From: a virus
Lineage: Duplodnaviria; Caudoviricetes
DNA: 64,000 bases
IMG/VR virus record: IMGVR_UViG_3300032225_000686
Direction: 5' to 3' (one strand)
The position numbers and the translations under genes are program-made. Position 1 is the first letter of the stretch. Every line of letters begins with the position of its first letter. This document shows, piece by piece, positions 48,087 through 57,388 of the stretch. Under the pieces are notes generated by a model. That model did no database searches, was not told the origin of the DNA, and was given only the letters and a program-made list of their open reading frames with translations.

Positions 48087-49361
48087 ATGGAAAATCTCAA
48101 GAAGGCAGTAGAGACAGTACTAACAAAGAACGCAGTAGACTTTAAAGACGCAATTCATACAGAATTGGCATCAAGACTACATGCAGCAATCAGCACCCGC
48201 AAGGAGTCTGTTGCTAGCGGCTCGGTTGCAGCAAACGAAGAAGTTAGCGAACCAGTTGAGACTAACGAAGAGACTATTGAAGAAGCCAAGGGCGAAATGC
48301 TATTCAGGCAAACCAAAGATGGCAAGTTTGAAGTAGTTCGTCACATGGGTGGTCAAAAGTTCTCTCCACCTGTAAAGAAATTCAACAGCAGAAAAGATGC
48401 CCTAAAGTACATTGATAGCAAAGAAGGAAAGAAAGAAGCATGGAACGAAGAAGCCGAAGTGAGTGAGGCTAATGTTCTTGCTCCTTCTGCTCCTGCGACA
48501 GGTGCAAAGGCAGGAATTCCCGGCAGCGAAAGATCAAATTTTGGTGCGGGAGAAGTTCCCGACCCTTTAGACGGAGACCTGCAAAGCGAACTAGAGTCGG
48601 CGTTCGGACTCAAGGCCGCTGAAACAGGTAAGGCAACAGCCAAGGACGATGATATCTCCCTCGACCCGAACTTCGAAAAGGAGTTCTACATGAAGGAGAC
48701 TGACTACAAAGGTCACAAAGTTCTTCTAAAGCAAGTAGGCTTGGGACTATCAAAGCCTGTGCGTGTCTATGTTGACAACAAGCGTTGGGAATTCTTTGCC
48801 GGTCCCGAATCTGCTATGAGAGGCGCAAAGTCATACATTGATGGTATGGACTCTGACCTTGCCAAGGAGCAGGCTGAACTAGAAGGCGAAACGATTAGCG
48901 AGAAGGTTGATCTTGACGGCAGAACAAAAATGGTCAAGCATACAATGTCTCGCTTGGAGCAGGCTCGCAAACTACGAGAAGGATCAAAGAAGATTGCAGA
49001 ATCTCCTTCAAAGTTTGCAGGTCTTTATAACGATGGTTCAGGAAAGGGTGCAATGATCCCAGAGCCAATCGAAATCAAGAACAAGCCCGCTCAAGTTGCT
49101 GAAAAGATAGTTGGACAGAAGAACACCACGGCTGAAGAAGTCGAGGCTCCTATGTCAACAATAGAAATGATTGCCGCCGTCAACATGAAGAGTGGCAAAT
49201 ATCAGATCAAAGAAGAAGAACTATCGCCAAAGCAAAAGAAGTACAGAGCATTCTTTGACAAGGCACTCAAGAAGCACAATGTAAGTTCACCATCAGACTT
49301 CAAGAGTGATGCAGAGAAGAAGAAGTTCTTTGATTATGTGAAGAGCAATTGGAAGGGATAA
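48087..49361 (+). CDS. Prohead core/internal head protein (extended gp67-like)
   Basis: Between gp20 and gp21; Glu/Lys-rich, N-terminal helix like gp67, many (I/V/L)xE sites. Confidence 0.6.
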   Translation: MENLKKAVETVLTKNAVDFKDAIHTELASRLHAAISTRKESVASGSVAANEEVSEPVETNEETIEEAKGEMLFRQTKDGKFEVVRHMGGQKFSPPVKKFNSRKDALKYIDSKEGKKEAWNEEAEVSEANVLAPSAPATGAKAGIPGSERSNFGAGEVPDPLDGDLQSELESAFGLKAAETGKATAKDDDISLDPNFEKEFYMKETDYKGHKVLLKQVGLGLSKPVRVYVDNKRWEFFAGPESAMRGAKSYIDGMDSDLAKEQAELEGETISEKVDLDGRTKMVKHTMSRLEQARKLREGSKKIAESPSKFAGLYNDGSGKGAMIPEPIEIKNKPAQVAEKIVGQKNTTAEEVEAPMSTIEMIAAVNMKSGKYQIKEEELSPKQKKYRAFFDKALKKHNVSSPSDFKSDAEKKKFFDYVKSNWKG

Positions 49362-49814
49362 ATGCCGCAGTTTCTAGCCAACTTTGGTAAAGAAGCAAGA
49401 GCCAAGAAGTATTCTTCGGCTCTAAAGGACATTCATTTGGATGTGACTTCACAGATTGTTCAGTCTGCTAATGGCTATCAGGTAAAAGTTAGTTCTGCAA
49501 AAGCAGACAACATCAAGGTAGCAAAGTCCCTATACAAAGACATGACCGAAGGCTTCGATACAAAAGTTATGGTTGATGTGTTGCGAAAGGTGTCTCAGGA
49601 AAATAAGGGAGCAAACCTGCGTTTAGCGGACAACACTCTAATCCGCATCACACCAGAAATTGCGGAATCTGCAATTACTGTTCATGATGTTTTGAATGAG
49701 ACTAGCCAAAAGGCTTTTCTCATAATGCTTGGCGAAAGTAAAGAATCGTTCGAAGGCGCAATTAAGTTCTGCAAGGAGAATGGTAAAAATTCAAGCATAA
49801 ATATTGGCGAATAA
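49362..49814 (+). CDS. Hypothetical protein in the prohead core cluster
   Basis: 150 aa, directly abutting the upstream stop (TAAATG). Confidence 0.6.
   Translation: MPQFLANFGKEARAKKYSSALKDIHLDVTSQIVQSANGYQVKVSSAKADNIKVAKSLYKDMTEGFDTKVMVDVLRKVSQENKGANLRLADNTLIRITPEIAESAITVHDVLNETSQKAFLIMLGESKESFEGAIKFCKENGKNSSINIGE
49796..49803 (+). promoter_or_regulatory. Late promoter CATAAATA
   Basis: 12 nt upstream of ATG 49816. Confidence 0.65.
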
Positions 49815-49815
49815 T

Positions 49816-50301
49816 ATGCCAATTACACCACCTCCGATATCACCTCCAAACCACAGTACAGATCAGCCACCGGGAGTACAAACATCAATGGGAAGCAGAT
49901 TAGAATACCTAGTAAGATCAAAAAACCGAGTTGTAGTTCACTACAATGCTGACACGGCGGGTGGTGGTGCTACATTCGGAATGGACCCAACGATATTTGG
50001 TCCTACCGCTTGGGGAGAATTTACAACAACAGGATTGACCTACAACTCCGCTGCTATCTCAAGAATAGTGTGGGGAACTGGTGGTGTAACAGGAACAGTA
50101 GATTTAGTGTTCCTTGGTGCAACAGGGTTTACCGCATTTTCTGTTCCCGCAGGTGGAGCAGGTGACCTCAATCTAGAAAGAATGACCATACCAAATCTTG
50201 CTCTTGGTGCAACCGGTCTCTTTGCAATTCAAAACAATCTTGCAGGTACAGCATCAAAGAATGCAACCGTCATGCTTGAATTTGTGACTCGTAATGTCTA
50301 A
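49816..50301 (+). CDS. Small beta-rich head-cluster protein, rich in GxT motifs (possible capsid decoration protein)
   Basis: Just before gp21; GATF, GPTA, GLTY, GVTG, GATG twice, GFTA. ATG 49816 preferred over TTG 49804. Confidence 0.6.
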   Translation: MPITPPPISPPNHSTDQPPGVQTSMGSRLEYLVRSKNRVVVHYNADTAGGGATFGMDPTIFGPTAWGEFTTTGLTYNSAAISRIVWGTGGVTGTVDLVFLGATGFTAFSVPAGGAGDLNLERMTIPNLALGATGLFAIQNNLAGTASKNATVMLEFVTRNV

Positions 50302-50316
50302 CCATAGGAGAAGCCA

Positions 50317-50964
50317 ATGAAACTATTTTGCGACATCAACGAGGAAATTCAAGTACTCACAGAAGAAAACGAACCCGGCAAGAAGAACTACTTCATCGAA
50401 GGTATCTTCCTCATGTGCGATCAAAAGAATCGCAACGGTCGTGTGTATACCTTTGAGATGATGGACAAGAAGGTAAAGGAATACAATAACGGTTTCGTAA
50501 AACAAAAGAGAGCGTTCGGTGAGTTGGGTCACCCAGAGGGACCAACCATCAACCTAGAGCGTGTCTCCCACATGATTACCGATCTCTATTCCGATAAAAA
50601 AAACTTTATCGGCAGAGCCAAGATCATGGATACTCCCTACGGCAAGATTGTAAAGAATCTAATTGACGAGGGAGCAAAACTAGGAGTTTCAAGCCGTGGT
50701 ATTGGTTCTTTGGAAGAGAAGAATGGAGTCAACTATGTCAAGGATGACTTCCAACTAGCCACAGCAGCAGATATTGTAGCCGATCCTTCGGCTCCTGAAG
50801 CCTTCGTAAGAGGCATCATGGAAGGTAAGGAATGGGTATATGAAAGCGGCAGATTGGTAGAACGGGATGTTGAGGAAATTAAAAAGAGCATTTTGAAAGC
50901 CTCATCCCGCAAACTAGAGGAAGCGAAAATCAAGGCGTTTGAGCGTTTCCTACGAAATATCTGA
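50317..50964 (+). CDS. gp21: Prohead protease gp21
   Basis: YFIEGIF..NRNGRVY, GELGHPEGPTINLERVSH, LGVSSRGIGS, DIVADPSAPEAFV. Confidence 0.98.
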   Translation: MKLFCDINEEIQVLTEENEPGKKNYFIEGIFLMCDQKNRNGRVYTFEMMDKKVKEYNNGFVKQKRAFGELGHPEGPTINLERVSHMITDLYSDKKNFIGRAKIMDTPYGKIVKNLIDEGAKLGVSSRGIGSLEEKNGVNYVKDDFQLATAADIVADPSAPEAFVRGIMEGKEWVYESGRLVERDVEEIKKSILKASSRKLEEAKIKAFERFLRNI

Positions 50965-50968
50965 TAAC

Positions 50969-50976
50969 ACTAAATA
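50969..50976 (+). promoter_or_regulatory. Late promoter ACTAAATA
   Basis: Upstream of gp22-gp23. Confidence 0.75.
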
Positions 50977-51016
50977 AGTTTTGAAACCTTTTTAGGAACA
51001 TACAAGGAGCGAGTTC

Positions 51017-52150
51017 ATGGACTCAATCAACAACGAAGAAGTAGAAGAAATCCTCGACAACGAGGAAGTTATCGAAGAGACCGAAGAGACAACTGAAGAA
51101 GTTGTTGAAGAGGACGAAGTAGAGGAACTAGATTCGGATGAGGCTATCGAAGAAGCCACATCAGCCGAAAAGTTGAACGCCTCTGTAGCATCAGCCCGTA
51201 AGAAGGCCGATCCTGCTCCTTCAAAGGTCAAGCCATCGAAGGAGTCACCCAAGTACAAGGGTCTATACAAGTCAGTAGGCGGCGGTGCAGTAGTACCTGA
51301 GCCGGTTGCCACAGACTCAAGTGCTTCAGGTGAGAAGCAAATGAAGAATGTAGATGCCAAGCGTTCAGGCAAGACTGAATCTGTAAAGGTTCATATGGAT
51401 GCCATGTTCAGCGGCGAAGAACTCAGCGAGGACTTCAAGACAAAGGCATCAACAATCTTTGAGACCGCCATCAACGAGCGTGTTGAGGCTATTGAAACAG
51501 AACTCAAGGAAGAGTATGAAAGCCGTCTACTTGAACAAGTCGAAGGCATCAAGTCTGATATGACTCAGCAACTTGATTCATACCTCTCATATGTTGTTGA
51601 AGAGTGGATGACCGAGAACAAACTCTCTGTTGAGAAGGGTCTTCGTACCGAGATCGCAGAAGAGTTCATGGAAGGTCTCCGTAATCTTTTCTTGCAGCAC
51701 AACATCGAAGTACCACAGGGCAAAGTTGACTTGGTAGACGAGATGGCTGGCAAGATTGAAGAGTTGACCAATGATCTTAATGAGCAAGTTAACAAGAGCA
51801 TCGAACTTAAGGAACAGGTCTCTTCATTGGAGCGCAAGACACTCGTCACCAAAATGACAGAGGGCTTGGCTGATACCGATAAGGATCGCTTCGTTAAGTT
51901 GGCAGAAGGTGTTGGATTTGACAGCAATGATGAATTCAAGACCAAACTACAAGTAATCCGTGAATCATACTTCGGCGGTTCAGGCAAGGTCACCCTTGTC
52001 GAGAGCAAGATTGAAGATGATATGGACGCAGCAGAAAATGCACCCACCGACACAGAGGAAACCCTCACCGAGTCGATGGAAGCATATTCAAACATGTTGT
52101 CACGCTTGAGCCGTGCAAAGGCTCCCGCAAAGACAAACAGCAAGAACTGA
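51017..52150 (+). CDS. gp22: Prohead scaffold protein gp22
   Basis: ELSEDFKTKASTIFETA, LDSYLSYVVEEWMTEN..GLRTEIAEEF, IRESYF. Confidence 0.95.
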   Translation: MDSINNEEVEEILDNEEVIEETEETTEEVVEEDEVEELDSDEAIEEATSAEKLNASVASARKKADPAPSKVKPSKESPKYKGLYKSVGGGAVVPEPVATDSSASGEKQMKNVDAKRSGKTESVKVHMDAMFSGEELSEDFKTKASTIFETAINERVEAIETELKEEYESRLLEQVEGIKSDMTQQLDSYLSYVVEEWMTENKLSVEKGLRTEIAEEFMEGLRNLFLQHNIEVPQGKVDLVDEMAGKIEELTNDLNEQVNKSIELKEQVSSLERKTLVTKMTEGLADTDKDRFVKLAEGVGFDSNDEFKTKLQVIRESYFGGSGKVTLVESKIEDDMDAAENAPTDTEETLTESMEAYSNMLSRLSRAKAPAKTNSKN

Positions 52151-52192
52151 CACTACTAACAAAGTTATAACTTTCCACAGGAGAAATTTCAC

Positions 52193-53605
52193 ATGGAACT
52201 AACAATTTCAGAAGCACTTCAGAGTAAGTGGAAGCCGGTGCTAGAGCATCCGGAACTTCCCGAAATCTCTGACCCATACCGCAAGGCGGTTACAACGATT
52301 CTTTTAGAGAATCAGCAGCAGTATCTCCGCGAAGACGGTCCTGCTAACATCTCAGGCAACGATGGCGGTCTAGCCTCACCAGCGGGCATGGCTCGTTGGG
52401 ATCCGATCCTCATCTCGCTCGTTCGTCGTTCAATGCCAAACCTAATGGCATACGATGTCTGCGGCGTTCAGCCGATGAGTGGTCCAACAGGACTTATCTT
52501 TGCTCTACGCAGTCGCTACAACAACCAGTTCGGTGACGAAGCACTATTCCAAGAAGCCAACAGCCGCTTCTCAGGTGCATCGGCAGGCGGATTGACTGGT
52601 GTAGGTTACGGTCAGACCGCTACCTTTGGTGGCGTAACCGCAACCGATACTGATCCTTTCTACGCAGGCATAGGATCAGCCAGTTCAACTGGTAGTTTCT
52701 TCGGCTTGGGTGGTGGTACAGGCGATCCGTTCCTCGGAACCGCAATGGCAACCAATGCAGGCGAATCACTTGGTTATCCAAACGGTTCACAGGCTGCTGG
52801 TTCACAGTTTGCACAGATGGCATTCAGCATTGAGAAGGCAACCGTAAGTGCTCAGACCCGCGCATTGAAGGCTGAGTACACGATGGAACTCGCTCAAGAC
52901 TTGAAGGCTATTCACGGTCTTGATGCAGAGACAGAACTCGCCAACATTTTGTCAAGCGAAATCCTTGCCGAAATCAACCGCGAAGTCGTTCGTCGCATCT
53001 ATGTGTCAGCCAAGTTGGGTGCTCGCAGCGGTCTAACTCAGACCACAGGCGTGTTCGACTTGAATGTTGACTCCAACGGTCGTTGGTCAGTCGAGAAGTT
53101 CAAGGGCTTGCTCTTCCAAATTGAGCGTGAGTGCAACGCAATCGCCAAGGAAACCCGTCGTGGCAAGGGTAACTTCATCGTCTGCTCGGCAGATGTTGCA
53201 AGTGCTCTAAGCATGGCAGGCGTACTTGACTATGCTCCAGCATTGTCAACCAACCTCAATGTGGACGATACGGGCAACACATTCGCAGGCGTTCTAAATG
53301 GCCGCCTCCGCGTGTACATCGACCCATACGCTTCACAGACAGCAGCACATGAGTTCTTCTGCGTCGGCTATAAGGGTTCAAGCCCATACGATGCAGGTCT
53401 CTTCTACTGCCCATATGTACCTCTACAGATGGTTCGTGCAGTTGGTGAGAACTCATTCCAGCCGAAGATCGGATTCAAGACCCGTTACGGTCTAATCCAC
53501 AACCCCTTCGTGCTAAACGCAAACGGCGCAGTAACAAGCGACATCGAAGCAACCGTTCGTCGCAATATGTACTACCGCATCGTCAAGGTAACCAACCTCT
53601 TCTGA
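52193..53605 (+). CDS. gp23: Major capsid protein gp23
   Basis: KWKPVLEH, LVRRSMPNL.AYDVCGVQPMSGPTGLIFA, RALKAEYTMELAQDLKAIHGLDAE, FQPKIGFKTRYG. Confidence 0.99.
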   Translation: MELTISEALQSKWKPVLEHPELPEISDPYRKAVTTILLENQQQYLREDGPANISGNDGGLASPAGMARWDPILISLVRRSMPNLMAYDVCGVQPMSGPTGLIFALRSRYNNQFGDEALFQEANSRFSGASAGGLTGVGYGQTATFGGVTATDTDPFYAGIGSASSTGSFFGLGGGTGDPFLGTAMATNAGESLGYPNGSQAAGSQFAQMAFSIEKATVSAQTRALKAEYTMELAQDLKAIHGLDAETELANILSSEILAEINREVVRRIYVSAKLGARSGLTQTTGVFDLNVDSNGRWSVEKFKGLLFQIERECNAIAKETRRGKGNFIVCSADVASALSMAGVLDYAPALSTNLNVDDTGNTFAGVLNGRLRVYIDPYASQTAAHEFFCVGYKGSSPYDAGLFYCPYVPLQMVRAVGENSFQPKIGFKTRYGLIHNPFVLNANGAVTSDIEATVRRNMYYRIVKVTNLF

Positions 53606-53637
53606 TTCGTCAGAATTAGGTTACTACTACAATGGGG

Positions 53638-53670
53638 CAACGCCTCCGAAAGGGGGCGTTGTTCTTTTCT
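53638..53670 (+). terminator. Intrinsic terminator after gp23
   Basis: CAACGCCTCC-GAAA-GGGGGCGTTG followed by TTCTTTTCT. Confidence 0.9.
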
Positions 53671-53675
53671 AAATA
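53668..53675 (+). promoter_or_regulatory. Late promoter TCTAAATA (near-leaderless gp3)
   Basis: 5 nt before ATG 53681. Confidence 0.7.
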
Positions 53676-53680
53676 CTCTT

Positions 53681-54226
53681 ATGGCAGACAAAGACTACGG
53701 GCTACCCTCATTTGTAAACTACGGGTCGCTACAGAGACAGCCGCCCAATACTAACCTAACGGCTCAAACGAACTTTGTGTTTGTATTGCCCAAGGTTCCA
53801 AACTCTGTATATTTCTGTACATCAGTAACCATACCCGGCATGAGTTGCCCATCCATATCAATAAAGACGGGTAGAGGATTAGCGGTAAAGACACCAAGTT
53901 CAGAAGTTACTCATGGAGATTTAGTGTTCACATATCTCATAAATGAAGACATGAGTAACTACGATGAACTCATGACTTGGTTTAGAACCATGACATCATT
54001 CCGCGATTTTGAGGGTCTAGCAAACTATCGTAATTTCATGAGTGAAGAAGGACAATTAGTGATCCTATCCAACAAGAAAAACCCTATGGCTAGATTCCAT
54101 TTTCGTGGACTATTCCCATCAAATCTATCGGGTGTTACCTTCAATAGTGCTGATCCAGAGGCAAACTCTTTGATTGCTACTTGCACTATGCAATTCACCT
54201 ACTACACCATAGAGTCTCTAATATGA
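53681..54226 (+). CDS. gp3: Tail tube terminator gp3, copy 1
   Basis: NFVFVLPKVP..YFCTSVTIPG, LVFTYLINEDMSNYDEL..W, FRGLFPSNLSG; follows gp23. Confidence 0.85.
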   Translation: MADKDYGLPSFVNYGSLQRQPPNTNLTAQTNFVFVLPKVPNSVYFCTSVTIPGMSCPSISIKTGRGLAVKTPSSEVTHGDLVFTYLINEDMSNYDELMTWFRTMTSFRDFEGLANYRNFMSEEGQLVILSNKKNPMARFHFRGLFPSNLSGVTFNSADPEANSLIATCTMQFTYYTIESLI

Positions 54227-54762
54227 GTGACGATAAACCATACGGCATACCCGATAGACCATACGGTGGGCTTCAAGGAAGACCCAAGAATACCAATCTG
54301 TCTGTACCTCAGAACTTTGAGTTTCACATACAGAAGTTACCTAACTTCTCATATTTCATTCAGAGTGTTGGTATTAATGACATGGGTGGAGACCCAATTG
54401 AAACCGAATTCATGCTTGGTCCAAAAGTCAAGATACCTGCTGCTACAGCAAGAATAGGAACTCTGACCATAAACTTCTTGGTGAATGAAGACTTCACTAA
54501 TTACTTTGAAGTTATAAAGTGGATGCGTGAAGGTACGGCATACACGGATTTCTCCGAAGTAAAACCTTTGCTTGAAGTGTGGCATGAAGCCTCTTTGATA
54601 TATCTAACGAACAAGAAAAACCCATATCGAAAGATAACTTTCTTTGGTATATTCCCAACAGAGTTATCGGGATTTGATTTCAATTATTCGGACACGGAAA
54701 ACAAGCCCTTGGTAGCAACAGCCAAGTTCGCAGTCAATGACTACAAGGTAGAAAACCTTTGA
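54223..54762 (+). CDS. gp3: Tail tube terminator gp3-like, copy 2
   Basis: Start ATG 54223 (MSDDKPYG); NFEFHIQKLP..YFIQSV, FLVNEDFTNYFEV..W, FFGIFPTELSG. Confidence 0.8.
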   Translation: MSDDKPYGIPDRPYGGLQGRPKNTNLSVPQNFEFHIQKLPNFSYFIQSVGINDMGGDPIETEFMLGPKVKIPAATARIGTLTINFLVNEDFTNYFEVIKWMREGTAYTDFSEVKPLLEVWHEASLIYLTNKKNPYRKITFFGIFPTELSGFDFNYSDTENKPLVATAKFAVNDYKVENL

Positions 54763-54786
54763 CTTTACTGTAGTTTGTGGTATAAT
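54759..54786 (+). promoter_or_regulatory. Sigma70-like promoter TTGACT-16-(TGg)TATAAT, near-leaderless
   Basis: uvsY ATG 8 nt after the -10 box; no SD. Confidence 0.8.
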
Positions 54787-54794
54787 CTATCGTT

Positions 54795-55232
54795 ATGAAT
54801 CTAGACAAACTGCGAGAGATGGTAGAAAAAGATATCGTCATAGACAAGACCGAGTTGGGCGATGAGTCCGCTCGTATTCCGCAGTTGCACAACAAGTATC
54901 TGAATGTGTTCCATGATGAAAGACTCATCCTTCACAAGATGACAACTTCTCTCAAGGAACTACGCAAGACCAAATGGGAGTGGTTCACAGGTAAGTTAGA
55001 CCATGAGCGTCTTGCTCAACTTGGATGGGAACCATTTCAGACTCGCATCATGCGTCAAGATTTAGACCTGTACATGGATGCTGATGCTGATCTAAATGAA
55101 CTAGAGGCTCGCCTTGCTCTACAGAACGAGAAGGTGGAGTATTTGGAGTCCATACTCAAGGGTATTGCACAAAGGCATTGGACTATTCGTAACGCCATAG
55201 AGTGGCGTAAGTTCACACAAGGCGTGGTATAA
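54795..55232 (+). CDS. uvsY: Recombination mediator UvsY
   Basis: ESARIPQLHNKYL, WEWFTGK, YMDADAD, IRNAIEWRKF. Confidence 0.93.
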   Translation: MNLDKLREMVEKDIVIDKTELGDESARIPQLHNKYLNVFHDERLILHKMTTSLKELRKTKWEWFTGKLDHERLAQLGWEPFQTRIMRQDLDLYMDADADLNELEARLALQNEKVEYLESILKGIAQRHWTIRNAIEWRKFTQGVV

Positions 55233-55248
55233 CACCTCCACTAGTCAC

Positions 55249-55256
55249 CCTAAATA
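55249..55256 (+). promoter_or_regulatory. Late promoter CCTAAATA
   Basis: Just upstream of uvsW. Confidence 0.7.
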
Positions 55257-55262
55257 TGGGTG

Positions 55263-56771
55263 ATGAGTGTGATTTCTGTATCATGGGTAAATACTGTCCA
55301 TGCTCGCATCATGACCGAGCCGGGTGTGGCTAAAGAGATACAGGAATACTTCACCTTTGAAGTTCCTAACGCCAAGTTTACCCCCGCTTATAAGAACAAA
55401 TATTGGGATGGAAAGATACGCTTGTTCACGCCGTTCAACGGCTTGCTATACATTGGGCTATTGGATTATCTAGCCGAGTTTGCCAAGGAGCGTAACTACG
55501 AAATCCAGTTAGATAATGACTTCACAGATAAGCCTCCCGAAGTCAATATGGATAGGATCAAGGAGTATCTTTCGTCTTTAGCCCCAAAGGCAGGGGGGAA
55601 AGATTTAGTGCCGCATGAACATCAATTGCAGGCTATACACACGGCTATAAACCGCGAGAGGGCGTTACTCCTATCTCCTACTGCTAGTGGCAAGTCTCTC
55701 ATCATCTACTCTTTGATTCGGTGGTATCAAGATATCATTCCGCCTGATCGGAAGATACTGATCGTTGTTCCAACCATCTCTCTTGTAACGCAGATGAAGT
55801 CGGACTTTGCTGATTATGCATCAGGAAGCGATTGGGATTCGGAGAAAAATTGTCATGCCATCTTTGGTGGTCAACAAAAGATGGATAGCAGACAAATCGT
55901 CATCTCAACATGGCAGTCTATATACGAATTGCCCAAGTCATACTTTGACCAATTTGAAGTTGTGATAGGTGATGAGGCTCACTTGTTCAAGGCACAATCA
56001 CTAACCTCCATCATGACCAAGTTGACAAAGTGTCCTTACCGTATTGCTTTGACAGGAACATTAGACGGAACCAAGACAAATAAGTTGGCTATTGAGGGTC
56101 TGTTTGGAGCAACAACCAAGGTCACAACAACCAAGGATTTGATTGACAAGAACCTACTGTCAACCCTGTCTATTGATTGCATCGTTTTGAACTATCCGCA
56201 AGAGATATGCAAGATGGTTAAGGATTTCCCTTACCCTGATGAGATGGACTATCTAGTAAACAACGGTAGGCGTAACGAATTCATCACACAGTTGGCTTTA
56301 CAAACCAAGGGCAATACCCTTGTTCTGTTTCAGTTTGTAGAGAAGCACGGTAAGCCACTCTATGAAATGATAGCAAGCAGAGCCAAGGATAGGCATGTGT
56401 TCTTTGTGCATGGAGAGACCGAAGCAGATTACCGCGAAAGTGTTCGTCAGATTACTGAAGGAGAAGAGAACGCCATCATAGTAGCCTCATATGGAACCTT
56501 CTCAACAGGCATAAATATTCGTAGTCTAAAGAACATCATCTTTGCTAGTCCATCAAAGAGCAGAATCCGAGTACTACAATCAATCGGAAGACAGTTGCGT
56601 AAGAGTGACAAAAAGGACAAAGCAAAACTCTACGATATTGCAGATGATTTGAGGTGGAAGAGTCGTAAGAACCACACTCTCAAGCACTTTGTTGAGAGAG
56701 TCAAAATCTATTCAGAAGAAGGGTTTCCTTTCCGTATGATTAGACTACCTGTTAAGGAGGTTACCAAGTGA
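55263..56771 (+). CDS. uvsW: DNA helicase UvsW
   Basis: WDGKIRLF, SPTASGKS, DEAH, ALTGT, ASYGTFSTGINI, LQSIGR. Confidence 0.97.
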   Translation: MSVISVSWVNTVHARIMTEPGVAKEIQEYFTFEVPNAKFTPAYKNKYWDGKIRLFTPFNGLLYIGLLDYLAEFAKERNYEIQLDNDFTDKPPEVNMDRIKEYLSSLAPKAGGKDLVPHEHQLQAIHTAINRERALLLSPTASGKSLIIYSLIRWYQDIIPPDRKILIVVPTISLVTQMKSDFADYASGSDWDSEKNCHAIFGGQQKMDSRQIVISTWQSIYELPKSYFDQFEVVIGDEAHLFKAQSLTSIMTKLTKCPYRIALTGTLDGTKTNKLAIEGLFGATTKVTTTKDLIDKNLLSTLSIDCIVLNYPQEICKMVKDFPYPDEMDYLVNNGRRNEFITQLALQTKGNTLVLFQFVEKHGKPLYEMIASRAKDRHVFFVHGETEADYRESVRQITEGEENAIIVASYGTFSTGINIRSLKNIIFASPSKSRIRVLQSIGRQLRKSDKKDKAKLYDIADDLRWKSRKNHTLKHFVERVKIYSEEGFPFRMIRLPVKEVTK

Positions 56772-57283
56772 ATAGAGCAGACATACGGATCATAAGGCTA
56801 AAGAACGGTGAGACAGTCATTGCCGGATTTGCTTATAACCAAATGACGGGTAAGGTGACTTTAGAAAGACCATTTCAAATAGCATCCATTCCTATCATGG
56901 GTAAAACAGGTGTGAAAAGTATGAGTCTGTATTTGAAGGATTGGATGGAATACAGCAAGGATCACCTATTTGCTATTCCTGATGATGTGATTATGCTTAT
57001 ATGCAGTCCCGAAGAAGAACTGATTCTTGATTACTTGGATGCAATAGAGCAAACCGATCTGATTAAAGTTCAACAAGACTTTGACTCAATAGCCAAGAAT
57101 TATCTCGGGGAAAATGGGGATGAAGATGATGACAACCCACAAGATATAGGGTATAATCCCAACAAGATATTTGAGGAAGGATTGAAAGGATCCGACCAGT
57201 TAGGCGGATTCCCTTACCCCGATGATGATATTGATGATGATGAAGAAGATGAGTTCGATCAACCTGATAGACCAGACGATTAA
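56768..57283 (+). CDS. Hypothetical protein (Sm-like N-terminus, acidic tail)
   Basis: IRIIRLKNGETVIA..LERPF..LKDWM; usual slot between uvsW and gp55. Confidence 0.75.
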   Translation: MNRADIRIIRLKNGETVIAGFAYNQMTGKVTLERPFQIASIPIMGKTGVKSMSLYLKDWMEYSKDHLFAIPDDVIMLICSPEEELILDYLDAIEQTDLIKVQQDFDSIAKNYLGENGDEDDDNPQDIGYNPNKIFEEGLKGSDQLGGFPYPDDDIDDDEEDEFDQPDRPDD

Positions 57284-57334
57284 GTATACTACCGGTATCT
57301 GATAATCTAATTCTTTATTGAAACCAGACACCGG

Positions 57335-57342
57335 TATTTATG
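57335..57342 (-). promoter_or_regulatory. Antisense late promoter CATAAATA upstream of gp55
   Basis: TATTTATG on + in the intergenic gap; no minus-strand gene follows. Confidence 0.5.
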
Positions 57343-57388
57343 CTCCCAAAAGAGACACCACCCAAAAAATCTAGAAAGAATCTACAAA

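Noticed and set aside
50992-52143. Ser-rich minus-strand ORFs over gp22
   Set aside because: Reverse complement of Glu-rich codons.
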